This document shows, piece after piece, positions 9,396 to 17,569 of a DNA stretch of 34,200 bases. The position numbers and the translations under genes are program-made. Location of the stretch: positions 1 through 34,200 of IMG/VR virus record IMGVR_UViG_3300032281_001149. The stretch is one strand, 5' to 3'. Within the stretch, counting starts at the first letter, position 1. The number at the start of each line of letters is the position of its first letter. The notes beneath the pieces were generated by a model. The model was not told the DNA's origin. It saw nothing but the letters and a program-made list of their open reading frames with translations, and ran no database searches. The DNA is from a virus (Duplodnaviria; Caudoviricetes).

Positions 9396-9641
9396 TCACC
9401 GCGTCCGCTGCCACACACGCTTGAGCCAGCTTTGGTGCTCCGGCTCAAAGTCCGCCGCCCATGCAGGCAGTTGCAGCTTCGGCATTTGCCTCACGCTCGC
9501 CTGGAGCTGCTGCCGCAGCAGCAGTGCCCCCAGGCCGCGCCCCAGCGCACTGCGCCGGGGTGCCCCGAAAGGTCTTCTCACGTTCACTTGCTCCGGCAGT
9601 TTTTTAGCCCGCAGCACTTCGTTGTTATTGTTGGTCTTCAT
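9396..9641 (-). CDS. Small basic hypothetical protein
   Basis: ATG 9641 follows an A/C-rich leader (caacaaccaaacacaaaacaacgc) and fills the operon gap. Confidence 0.45.
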   Translation of the reverse strand: MKTNNNNEVLRAKKLPEQVNVRRPFGAPRRSALGRGLGALLLRQQLQASVRQMPKLQLPAWAADFEPEHQSWLKRVWQRTR

Positions 9642-9696
9642 GCGTTGTTTTGTGTTTGGTTGTTGCCCGTCCCCGGTGTCCCGCCGGTTCAAAAAT

Positions 9697-10566
9697 TCAG
9701 GCCGCTAGGGCCACGGCGGTCTCCCGCCGGATCGCGTAAAATCTTCGCACCGATGTGCGCTGGTTCTCGATCACATACCCGCCCGCTAAAATCTGCCCCG
9801 CGTAGCGGGCGACGAGGCAGCCAAAGGCACTGCTTCGGGCCATCTCACTTTTCAGTTTGAGCAGCCGTGGAAAGAAGCCCAGGCGCACCGCCTCACGCCG
9901 CACCTCTTCTGCCGCCAGCACAGTGTCTCCATGCTGCTCATGCAGCGCACGCAGCAGTGCCGTCATCTCCTGTCCCTCGGGGTTCACCAGCACGCCGCTC
10001 ATCGGTGCCAGCGTGCCGCGCACCGCCTCCAGCACCGGCCTCGCAAAAGCAAACACGCGCCCGACGCCCGGCTCTTCCACCGTTTGAAAGACCACCCCCA
10101 TGCTTTTCGCATAGCGGCGCACCATCATGCCGTAGGCCATCTGGCGCTCCAGCGGCCAGCCAGCGCAGCAGTCACGCACAAAGGCCAGCACACTCATCAG
10201 CTCCAGGCCCTCACTGGCAGAATTGCCCACCGGCAGCGCATACCCACCCGTCCGGCGGATCGCAGGCAGCACCTCCGCCGTCACCCACTTGCGGAACTTC
10301 TTCGCCTCCGCCTTGCGACTCTTGAAAATGAGGGTGTAGAGTCCGGACTCGGAGATGAGTCGCAGCTTGTGAGCAATGCCCGCTCGCGGATTACCGTCGG
10401 CATTATCTAGGGTAATGGATTCGTCCTCATCGAGCGACTTGATCGCATCGCTCGGATTTTGAATCTCCAGCACACGGCACACGTCCGCCGCCACAAACCA
10501 CGGCTGCTCATCACGCAGCAGCACGCGCACCGGCACCGTGTTGAAATCAAAGGTCTCCAGTTTCAT
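9697..10566 (-). CDS. BRO-N domain antirepressor-like protein
   Basis: Classic BRO-N: FDFNTVPVRV...PWFVAADVCRVL...ISESGLYTLIFKSRKAEAKKFRKWVTAEVLPAIRRTGGY. Confidence 0.92.
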   Translation of the reverse strand: MKLETFDFNTVPVRVLLRDEQPWFVAADVCRVLEIQNPSDAIKSLDEDESITLDNADGNPRAGIAHKLRLISESGLYTLIFKSRKAEAKKFRKWVTAEVLPAIRRTGGYALPVGNSASEGLELMSVLAFVRDCCAGWPLERQMAYGMMVRRYAKSMGVVFQTVEEPGVGRVFAFARPVLEAVRGTLAPMSGVLVNPEGQEMTALLRALHEQHGDTVLAAEEVRREAVRLGFFPRLLKLKSEMARSSAFGCLVARYAGQILAGGYVIENQRTSVRRFYAIRRETAVALAA

Positions 10567-10899
10567 TTAGCTTGCCTCCCCCGTCTGGTTTGTGATTTGC
10601 TTTGACTTATGACCACCCAACCCGACCCATGGCTTAAGATCGCCGAGTCCCTTGACCTCTGTGGCAAAGGCCTTCACCGCATCGCGGACGCCCTGAATCG
10701 CCTTGGTAACGGCAATGCCGCCACGCAGGTCGGAGCCATCGAAGGCCACGCCATGGCGCTTCGCGAGGCGCTTCAAAGTGCCGCCGAGACGGTGAGCCTG
10801 GCCATGCGGCAGGATCACGATTGATCCACAGCTACATTCGCAGTGCATCTCTCCCAGTTGGCGGCTCAGGGCTTTTTGGCAGTTTGGGCAGTTCATCAT
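10567..10899 (-). CDS. Zinc-ribbon hypothetical protein
   Basis: MMNCPNC...HCECSCG at the N-terminus. A/C-rich leader. Stop abuts the BRO-N start. Confidence 0.45.
   Translation of the reverse strand: MMNCPNCQKALSRQLGEMHCECSCGSIVILPHGQAHRLGGTLKRLAKRHGVAFDGSDLRGGIAVTKAIQGVRDAVKAFATEVKGLGDLKPWVGLGGHKSKQITNQTGEAS
10609..10824 (+). CDS. Small helical hypothetical protein, antisense to the previous ORF
   Basis: 71 aa with a natural-looking amphipathic sequence (LHRIADALNRLG...GAIEGHAMALREAL). Confidence 0.4.
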   Translation: MTTQPDPWLKIAESLDLCGKGLHRIADALNRLGNGNAATQVGAIEGHAMALREALQSAAETVSLAMRQDHD

Positions 10900-10928
10900 C
10901 TTCGTGTGTTGGTTCGTGGTTGAAATTC

Positions 10929-11123
10929 TCACGCCGCGATGCGCGCCATCTGGTAGCGCCACTCACGCAGGCAGCTCTTGGCGCACGCCGCCCGCATCGC
11001 CCGCAGATTGGCAAAGGCGGCCCGTGCATCGGCGTCGGCATGCATCATTCCGGCGGAGCGCACGGCCCCGGCTGAAAAGTGGCTGAACATCAGCAGGTAG
11101 TTTGCAGTGCGGGTCGGTTTCAT
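10929..11123 (-). CDS. Hypothetical protein
   Basis: 64-aa ORF directly downstream of the Cro-analogue gene. Confidence 0.45.
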   Translation of the reverse strand: MKPTRTANYLLMFSHFSAGAVRSAGMMHADADARAAFANLRAMRAACAKSCLREWRYQMARIAA

Positions 11124-11150
11124 AAGGGTCGATCAGGTTAATGGTGTCAC

Positions 11151-11345
11151 TTAGGCGGCAAGGTCAGGGGCGAGTTGCTGTCTGAGCACCGCAAGACCGC
11201 GCTCCAGCGCCAGGCGCATCGTGTCTTGCTTGCTCAACTTCACCGCCACGGCGGTTTCATTCACCAGCACTGCCAGGTCGGCCGTCAGGCGTAGCGGCAC
11301 TGGCACCGCTGTTGATCTTCTCTCGTCGCTGTCTGCTTTGCTCAT
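11151..11345 (-). CDS. Ribbon-helix-helix regulator, Cro-analogue
   Basis: VPVPLRLTADLAVLVNETAVAVKLSKQDTMRLALERGL has an RHH pattern. First gene of the leftward early operon. Confidence 0.75.
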   Translation of the reverse strand: MSKADSDERRSTAVPVPLRLTADLAVLVNETAVAVKLSKQDTMRLALERGLAVLRQQLAPDLAA

Positions 11346-11432
11346 GGCGGACGAATATACGTTTCATATATAATCGTCAACGCAAAATATACATTTCTTG
11401 TATCGCCCTTCGTTTCTGTGCTATTTTTCTAA
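11346..11432. promoter_or_regulatory. Divergent sigma70-type promoters with two operator-like repeats (genetic switch)
   Basis: Leftward: TTGACG (11380-11375) with -10 TATATT/TATTCG 6-8 nt before the ATG. Rightward: TTGTAT 11398-11403 and extended -10 TGcTATTTT 11419-11427, 5 nt before the GTG. Repeats AATATACRTTTC at 11354 and 11386. Confidence 0.7.
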
Positions 11433-11903
11433 GTGAAAACGAAACCCATCCCCATCGCGTTACCCCACGACTTGCTTGAGCAAGTTGATCAAGTTCAACA
11501 CCTCACCGGCATGAGCAAAGCTGACATCATGCGACTCTGCATGCGCATCGGTCTTGTCGATCTCCGCGCCGCCGAGCATGATCTGCCAGGCATCGTCAAA
11601 CGCATCGCTGACGACGCAGGCTTATCGTTCCAACAATGGTCGAAAGAAAAGTCCGAACAAAATGAAGCTGGACAAAAAAACGCCAATCTGTTGGAATCCC
11701 AGGAATGTGCTCCACCTGCGCCTTCGCGAAAGCGTTCCCCCAGCACCGGACCGGTGCCAACGACTGCGAACATTGTGCGGCTGCCTCCGCCGCCCGTCAT
11801 AGCCACGCTACTCCACGACATGGTAGCCGTGACGTCCAACCCCTCACCTGTCACCGAGCCCCGAAGCGAAACACGCTACAAAAAAAAACGCCGTAAAGCA
11901 TAA
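11433..11903 (+). CDS. Ribbon-helix-helix repressor (CI-analogue)
   Basis: KPIPIALPHDLLEQVDQVQHLTGMSKADIMRLCMRIGL is a CopG/Arc-like RHH. Low-complexity C-terminus with no S24 peptidase. Confidence 0.75.
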   Translation: MKTKPIPIALPHDLLEQVDQVQHLTGMSKADIMRLCMRIGLVDLRAAEHDLPGIVKRIADDAGLSFQQWSKEKSEQNEAGQKNANLLESQECAPPAPSRKRSPSTGPVPTTANIVRLPPPPVIATLLHDMVAVTSNPSPVTEPRSETRYKKKRRKA

Positions 11904-11917
11904 ATTTGTTTCCACCA

Positions 11918-12280
11918 ATGAACACCTCAACTGAACGCCCCACCGCCCTGATCAAACGCCGCGTCAAAAACGGCACCGCGCAGACCGTCGCTTTCTGTTT
12001 CTTCTTTGGTGGCATCTACCTACTACTGTTTATTTCTTGGCCCCACGGCCTACTCGCCATGCTGCTGGGCATCGTGGTTGATACCATTCGCACCGTCGAG
12101 CACACTTGCGGAGCCTGTGGCAATCACGTCGCCAGCACCAGCACCCTCTGCCCGACCTGCCACTTCACGCTCGAGCCACCGCCCAGCCCGTGGCGTGCTA
12201 GGCTGCTCAGCCTCAGCCTGATCACCCTCGTGGTCATCGGTGGCATCCTGTTGCGCCGCTGGATGCTAGGCACACTTTGA
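11918..12280 (+). CDS. Membrane protein with CxxC-CxxC zinc ribbon (lysogeny-expressed)
   Basis: Two N-terminal TM segments, CGAC...CPTC, and a C-terminal TM. Follows the repressor. ORF open from 11906. Confidence 0.7.
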   Translation: MNTSTERPTALIKRRVKNGTAQTVAFCFFFGGIYLLLFISWPHGLLAMLLGIVVDTIRTVEHTCGACGNHVASTSTLCPTCHFTLEPPPSPWRARLLSLSLITLVVIGGILLRRWMLGTL

Positions 12281-12370
12281 GCACCTCTCAGGCCGCATTA
12301 GCATACCCACCTCTAGTATACCCACGCTAGGCAGCCCGATTATTAAGCCCTCCAGCGTTCCGGCCTGATA

Positions 12371-12413
<43 letters not shown>

Positions 12414-12416
<3 letters not shown>

Positions 12417-12447
12417 TGTTGCCCTTCGGGGCGGTGGGTTTTGGTTT
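12414..12447 (+). terminator. Hairpin/terminator for the reconstituted tRNA gene
   Basis: GCCC-TTCG-GGGC (12421-12432), extendable with G-U pairs and followed by a T-rich tract. Confidence 0.5.
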
Positions 12448-12479
12448 GCTATTTGTGCGATTTTAACGCCTTTTAGCAT

Positions 12480-13562
12480 ATGAGCGCTAGCATACCTCGG
12501 GGACTGTATCGGCAAAAATTGACCTGGTGGCTGCGCTGGACGCCGGTGCCGGGTGGAGCGCAGGAGAGGCAGTCGCTCGGCACGCGGGATCTCGCGGAGG
12601 CGATGGTGGTGGCGGATAAGCTGCGCCTGCGGGAGGGGCCACGCTTGCGGGAAGAGGCGGGCTCTTGCGCTGCGGAGATCGACCGCTATCTCGCCGCGAA
12701 GGCCAGTGAGGGGTTGTCGGCCTCGACCCTTTCCTCTCGGCGCTACGTGCTCAAAGGTTTTGCGCTCCACACGGGGGCGACCTCACCGAGGCACATTGGC
12801 CCAACGGCTTGCGTGCGATGGTTTGAGGGCAGGCTGAAGCGGCATGAGCACACTGCGGTGAGTTACCTCAACCAGGTGCGCTGGTGGTTTGCTTGGCTCA
12901 TGGAGAGAGGCATCGTTTCACGGGACCCGACGACAGGCATCACGATCCCGAAACTGCGGATGCGATCGCGGAAGGTTTTTTTGATGCCAGCGGACGCTCG
13001 GCGACTGATTGACGAATGCACGGAGCCAGGTTTGAAGTTTGCGCTTTTTTGCGGGCTGCACGCTGGACTGCGGAAATTGGAGATCATTGAGGCCAGGCCG
13101 GAATGGTTCGACCTGGAGGAGGGCTTGATCCATGTGCAAGCGACCACGACTTTTCAGCCGAAATCACGCGACAATCGCACGGTGCCGCTGACGGATGAGT
13201 TTCGGGCGTGGTTGCTGGATGAATACAAACTGCAAAAGCCGTTCATGCTCGCGCCCAAGGTGGTGCATGGGAAATACCGCTACCGTTTTGATTTTCGGAA
13301 GGCGTTTGATGCGTTGGTGGAGAGATGCCAGCTCGACATCACGTTCCACGATTTGCGGCGGACGTTTGCCTCGCTCCTCGTGTCGAAGGGGGTGTCGCTC
13401 TACAAAGTCGCCAAGTGGCTGGGTGACACCGTGGAGGTGGTCGAGGACACCTATGGGCACCTCATTCCGCAGGACGACGAGATCAATGCATCCTGGTCAA
13501 AGGTGGCTCGCCACCCATCTCGTGCTGATCGCAGCTCAAAAGCCGCACGACTGCCGAAGTGA
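12480..13562 (+). CDS. int: Tyrosine integrase
   Basis: GLRKLEI (R), FQPKS (K), FHDLRRT (HxxR), WLGD and DTYGHL (Y). Adjacent attP. Confidence 0.95.
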   Translation: MSASIPRGLYRQKLTWWLRWTPVPGGAQERQSLGTRDLAEAMVVADKLRLREGPRLREEAGSCAAEIDRYLAAKASEGLSASTLSSRRYVLKGFALHTGATSPRHIGPTACVRWFEGRLKRHEHTAVSYLNQVRWWFAWLMERGIVSRDPTTGITIPKLRMRSRKVFLMPADARRLIDECTEPGLKFALFCGLHAGLRKLEIIEARPEWFDLEEGLIHVQATTTFQPKSRDNRTVPLTDEFRAWLLDEYKLQKPFMLAPKVVHGKYRYRFDFRKAFDALVERCQLDITFHDLRRTFASLLVSKGVSLYKVAKWLGDTVEVVEDTYGHLIPQDDEINASWSKVARHPSRADRSSKAARLPK

Positions 13563-14099
13563 TGCCAAAGGGAACGCCGGGCCGGGGTCGTTTTTCCTGC
13601 TTGGGGCGATGTCGTCGTGGCCGACGATGTCGTCGAGCTTGTAGCGAGTGACGAGGGCTTTGGCGACTTGCTCGCAGGCGGCGAGTTGGGCCAGTGGGTA
13701 GGCTTCCCACTGCTTTTCTGGGCCGCCGTTTTTGTGCTTGCTGGTCAGCAATGGGAGCTTGGACCAGCGGCGTGCGAGTGGTGCGTTGTGGCCTGCGTTA
13801 GCGAGCTCGATGCCGAGGGTGCAGGTGTTGAGGTTTTTGTGGCCTTGCCATTGGGACACGCCTGCATGCCCACAGGTGCGGTCAAAGGGGCGCGTCTGAT
13901 AAACGGTGCCGTCGCGGTCGATGACGAGGTGAGCGGAGGCACCTTTGGCGGCGGGCGTTCGCCAGAATTCAATGGAGGATTCGGCGCTGGCTCCGGCGGT
14001 GAAATGGATGACGAGGAAACGACGCACTGGCATTTTTGCGCCGCCGGCAATGGGACGACGCAGGGCGGAGTCGAGCCAGTGGTCGGCGGTGATACTCAT
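13536..14099 (-). CDS. Endolysin, N-acetylmuramoyl-L-alanine amidase (Amidase_2 type; ORF open to 14120)
   Basis: LVIHFTAG, SAHLVIDRDG, GHAG, GIELAN and VGHDDIAPSRKNDPGPAF. Confidence 0.93.
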   Translation of the reverse strand: MSITADHWLDSALRRPIAGGAKMPVRRFLVIHFTAGASAESSIEFWRTPAAKGASAHLVIDRDGTVYQTRPFDRTCGHAGVSQWQGHKNLNTCTLGIELANAGHNAPLARRWSKLPLLTSKHKNGGPEKQWEAYPLAQLAACEQVAKALVTRYKLDDIVGHDDIAPSRKNDPGPAFPLASLRQSCGF

Positions 14100-14109
14100 G
14101 GGCGGTGGC

Positions 14110-14478
14110 TCATTTTCCACTGGTCACATCCACCACGAGCCGACGCTGGCTGTAGCTGATGACGGCACTCTGCATGGCGGAGCGGGCTGCATCTTGGCCG
14201 ATGCCGAGCCACTGGGGGGAACTGAGACCCAGGAAGGTCTTGGTGCCATTGGCGGTGGCCGTGCAGCTCGGCAGCGTGAGCAGGCAGAGGCTGGCGAGGA
14301 GGAGCTTGAGGGAGCCGGTGACACCTGCGTCTTTGGCGACGTAGCCCAGGATGGCGATGGTGACGGGGATGAGCCATTGCTGCCAGTTGGCGAGGTCGCC
14401 GCCGTTGCTTTGATAAATGGCGAGGAAGGACAGGCCAGCGAGCGCGGCTCCGATGAGAGTGGTGCGGTAGTTTTTCAT
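14110..14478 (-). CDS. Holin-like protein with a fused C-terminal lipoprotein-like segment
   Basis: Two TM segments ending GYVAKDAGVTG, then KLLLASLCLLTLPSC (lipobox-like). Directly upstream of the endolysin. Confidence 0.65.
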   Translation of the reverse strand: MKNYRTTLIGAALAGLSFLAIYQSNGGDLANWQQWLIPVTIAILGYVAKDAGVTGSLKLLLASLCLLTLPSCTATANGTKTFLGLSSPQWLGIGQDAARSAMQSAVISYSQRRLVVDVTSGK

Positions 14479-14494
14479 GTCACCACAGCGCTTG

Positions 14495-14500
14495 TGTCAA
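14495..14500 (-). promoter_or_regulatory. Late motif TTGACA, 16 nt before the holin ATG
   Basis: ATTGACAcaagcgctgtggt|GacATG. Confidence 0.7.
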
Positions 14501-14503
14501 TGC

Positions 14504-14779
14504 TCAGGCATGATGGCGATCGTGCGAGGTGTTGGACAGCAGATTGGCGAGTTGCTTGTGCAGCTCGATGCGGTCGGCCTCACAGCGGTCGCTGCGGTCG
14601 CGGAGTCGCTGGAGTTCGCGATCCATGCCGTTGAGGCGGTCGTTGCGCTCTTTGTTGAGCTCGGTCACGAGCGCCTGGTTGCCTTTGGTCTGCCACCACA
14701 CTGCGATGACCAGGATCATGGCCACGGGACCAGTGGAGACGATGACTTCGAATGCTTTGGCAATGAGGGTGGGTTCCAT
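14504..14779 (-). CDS. Membrane-anchored coiled-coil protein (i-spanin/holin-like)
   Basis: TM GPVAMILVIAVWW followed by a coiled coil. Located in the lysis cassette. Confidence 0.55.
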   Translation of the reverse strand: MEPTLIAKAFEVIVSTGPVAMILVIAVWWQTKGNQALVTELNKERNDRLNGMDRELQRLRDRSDRCEADRIELHKQLANLLSNTSHDRHHA

Positions 14780-14806
14780 GGTCAGAGCGCGTGGTAGAGT
14801 ATGCGA

Positions 14807-15199
14807 TCAGGGTTTGATTGTCACTCGGCCATCGGTGTGATACACCAGCTCGTGCGGTGGAGTGCATTCGGCATCGCTCAAAAAGTCTGCGCGGGTCTTA
14901 CCCACCAGCTTTGCGCAGCGGTCGATGTGGTCGAGGTTCTCGCGGCTGAACTGAAACACGAGCACCGCCGAGGTGCCGAGCTGCTCCAGAATCGCGGCGG
15001 GTGTGGCACCCTCGCGAGTGTTTTTCCAGAGCGTGTCGAAGGCGATTTTATGGACGGCGACGCGATGCGTGATCTCGTTATTGATCGCGTCCACGATGCT
15101 CTCGGCTGCAAGCCTGGCCGCAGTTGGTTGCGCGTCCGTGGTCGGGATGAGTTGTGCGTGCGATAGTGAGGCGCAGAGGGTGAATAGGAGAAGTTTCAT
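14807..15199 (-). CDS. Hypothetical protein with a Sec-type signal peptide
   Basis: MKLLLFTLCASLSHA|Q. Confidence 0.7.
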   Translation of the reverse strand: MKLLLFTLCASLSHAQLIPTTDAQPTAARLAAESIVDAINNEITHRVAVHKIAFDTLWKNTREGATPAAILEQLGTSAVLVFQFSRENLDHIDRCAKLVGKTRADFLSDAECTPPHELVYHTDGRVTIKP

Positions 15200-15231
15200 A
15201 TTTTGTTACTTGGGTTTGTTACTTTGGTTTG

Positions 15232-16749
15232 TTACTTGGCCACCCAGCCGGTGTTTCCCGTGCCGGACTCTTTGACATAGAGCGTTGTGTTCGATCCGCC
15301 ATCGGTGCGTGTGTATAATGAGCCGACTGGTGCCGTGCGGACACCTTCTGGGGACCCACTGCCACTGCCCCAATTCACACCGGTTTCGGTTGTGTGAAAT
15401 TCAGCATTGCGTGAGCTTCCACCACCGCTGCCTTTGATCGGCCTGAGCCGACAGACGTTCGAGTTTCCGACCCAGCCGATTTCAAATTCTTCCTTGTTCG
15501 TGAAGCTAGTGTACGTGTTAGCAACGGACATGCTCATAGGGGACGTGCCGCTCTTTTGAACTAATCGCCCAGCACCGTCTGACGTAGCCGATAAGGTCAC
15601 GTTTGAAGCGGTCCATGTAAGTGTGGGCACATTAAATGCCCCCGCCTGTATTGTTAAGAGGACTGACGACCCGATCCAGAAATCAAGGCGGTCAGAATAG
15701 ACCCGCATGCCGTTGCCTGGGTAGCCTGTCTCTGTGAACTGCGGGTAACCCGGCTCAGACGCACCAAAAAAACGACCGGAAGTTGAAAGATCAGTAGCCG
15801 ATGCTACCCCTAGCACCGGTGTGACTAGGGTTGGAGAGGTCGCAAACACGGCAGCACCACTGCCTGTCTCATCGGTCAGCGCACTGCGCAAATTGGCGCT
15901 AGATGGAGTGATCAACCACGTGCTCACGCCGCTGCCGAGCGTCAGCTCTCCCACCGTCGCGCCGCTAGTGAGGAGCCTGCCAGCCGTGCCACCGCTGATG
16001 CTCGTGGTGCCAATGGTGAGGCCGCTGCTGACCGTGGTCCAGGTTGGATTGGCTCCTGCGCCGCCAGTCGTTAGCACTTGGCCACTTGTGCCGGGACTGA
16101 GCACCGTCCAGGCACTCTCATTGCGGAAGAGGATTTGCCCTTGTGTGGAGCCAATCGTGTTGAGGTTGCTCGAAATGCTGCGCCAAACGTAGCTGCTGCC
16201 GGTCCAGGTCCAGGTATGATCTTGGGAGATGGGAGTCGGGGCATTGGGGTGGATTAAATCGTGAGCGGATGACGCGGAGGTGGCTTGCCATGAACTGAAT
16301 CCACGGGTTAAAAAATTCCCAAAAGAACCCGTGGGAAGCACGGGTTGATATGTGCCGGTTAGGTCAGGAATGTCAGCCGCGACGAGAGCGCGAAAAGTGG
16401 GGGCGGCATCAGCGCCGCTCAATGGACCGGCGAAAACGCGGTTGGCAGATTGTGTGGCGAGTGTGCCGGTGAGTGTGCCACTCTCAGTCACCGGCGAGCC
16501 GCTGACGCTGAAGATCGAAGGCAATGACAACGCAACGCTAGTGACACTGCCACCAAAGCCGGTGAGGGTGCTGCCATTGGCGGCGACGATGCTGGCACCG
16601 CTGGCGATGGTGAGGGTCTTGCCTGCGCCGATGGTGAGCGATTCGGTGATGGTGTTACCGTTGACGTTTTTGATCACGCTCTTGGTTTGGGCGTGGAGCG
16701 CACTGATGAGCAGGCCGAAGACGATGATGATGCGGGCGATCTGTGTCAT
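15232..16749 (-). CDS. Tail fibre-like protein with a signal-peptide-like N-terminus
   Basis: Fibre motifs VTSVALSLPSIFSVSGSPVT, APTFRALVAADIP and TDETGSGAAVFATSPTLVTP. C-terminal GSGSPEGVRTAPVGSLYTRTDGG...GWVAK. N-terminus MTQIARIIIVFGLLISALHA|Q. Confidence 0.78.
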   Translation of the reverse strand: MTQIARIIIVFGLLISALHAQTKSVIKNVNGNTITESLTIGAGKTLTIASGASIVAANGSTLTGFGGSVTSVALSLPSIFSVSGSPVTESGTLTGTLATQSANRVFAGPLSGADAAPTFRALVAADIPDLTGTYQPVLPTGSFGNFLTRGFSSWQATSASSAHDLIHPNAPTPISQDHTWTWTGSSYVWRSISSNLNTIGSTQGQILFRNESAWTVLSPGTSGQVLTTGGAGANPTWTTVSSGLTIGTTSISGGTAGRLLTSGATVGELTLGSGVSTWLITPSSANLRSALTDETGSGAAVFATSPTLVTPVLGVASATDLSTSGRFFGASEPGYPQFTETGYPGNGMRVYSDRLDFWIGSSVLLTIQAGAFNVPTLTWTASNVTLSATSDGAGRLVQKSGTSPMSMSVANTYTSFTNKEEFEIGWVGNSNVCRLRPIKGSGGGSSRNAEFHTTETGVNWGSGSGSPEGVRTAPVGSLYTRTDGGSNTTLYVKESGTGNTGWVAK

Positions 16750-16763
16750 GTGAGGTTGAGTTT

Positions 16764-17549
16764 TTAGCGGACGCGTTTCCAGATTTGAGCGTTGGTGGTG
16801 GCGTTGTAGTCGTCGGGACGCACGATGCCGTTGGCACTGTCTTCGGCGGTGGTGCCTGCGAATAAGCGCCAGTCTTGCAGCTCATCGGCGACGTAGATCT
16901 CGACGAGTGTGAGTGTTTTGCCGACGGTGCTGATCCCATCGAGCGCGGTGGTGCCGCCACCGGTGAGCGCGGTGATCTCCTTGTAATACAGCTTGGCCGA
17001 AGGCGAAGGCTGCGAGGTGATGACGACTGCGTTGTCCGTCGGACGCACTACGTCGGAGAGAATGAGCACGGGCACCCATTGGCTGCTTTGCGGGACGCCC
17101 TCGGTGATGGTCTGAATTTGCAGGTGGCAATAAACGCTGCTGCTGCCTGCGGGGAGCAATGCAGCGAGATCGTCACCGCTGAGGTCGAGCGTGGCGAGGT
17201 AAAAGCCGCCGGGGTCGTCGGTGAGGTCGCTGGCCACGTTGTCAGTGAGACTGGCGGGCTTGTCCCAGGCGTCGTCGGTGATTTGCGCGAGTGGCTCGAC
17301 GTTGTTGTGATCATCCCATTTTTTCAGCGCGGCGATGAGTGTGGTGCCGCTAGCGAGTAGCACGGCCTCGTTGCTCGACCAGGGATCAAAGACGCGGAGA
17401 CGCAGCGTGGGTTTGTCTCCACGCTGGAGACGCAGCGCACCAGGCGGTGGCATGCCGAGCGAGGACTCGACATCGCCGAAAGGCCCAAAGCCGCCTTGGC
17501 TGTTGGTGAGCTGTCCGGTGCGGAGATTGAGATAAGCCGTGAGGATCAC
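16764..17549 (-). CDS. Putative tail-tip/fibre adaptor protein
   Basis: BppU-like N-terminus by eye (LQRGDKPTLRLRVF) and C-terminal ITALTGGGTTALDGI...IVRPDDY. Positioned just before the fibre. Confidence 0.55.
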   Translation of the reverse strand: MILTAYLNLRTGQLTNSQGGFGPFGDVESSLGMPPPGALRLQRGDKPTLRLRVFDPWSSNEAVLLASGTTLIAALKKWDDHNNVEPLAQITDDAWDKPASLTDNVASDLTDDPGGFYLATLDLSGDDLAALLPAGSSSVYCHLQIQTITEGVPQSSQWVPVLILSDVVRPTDNAVVITSQPSPSAKLYYKEITALTGGGTTALDGISTVGKTLTLVEIYVADELQDWRLFAGTTAEDSANGIVRPDDYNATTNAQIWKRVR

Positions 17550-17562
17550 GCGAGGGGTCGCG

Positions 17563-17568
17563 TGTCAA
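17563..17568 (-). promoter_or_regulatory. Late motif TTGACA, 13 nt before GTG 17549
   Basis: ATTGACAcgcgacccctcgc|GTG. Confidence 0.7.
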
Positions 17569-17569
17569 T

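Noticed and set aside
9665-9682. GGGACACCGG shared with 27099-27108
   Set aside because: A 10-bp GC-rich match in two copies is within chance expectation.
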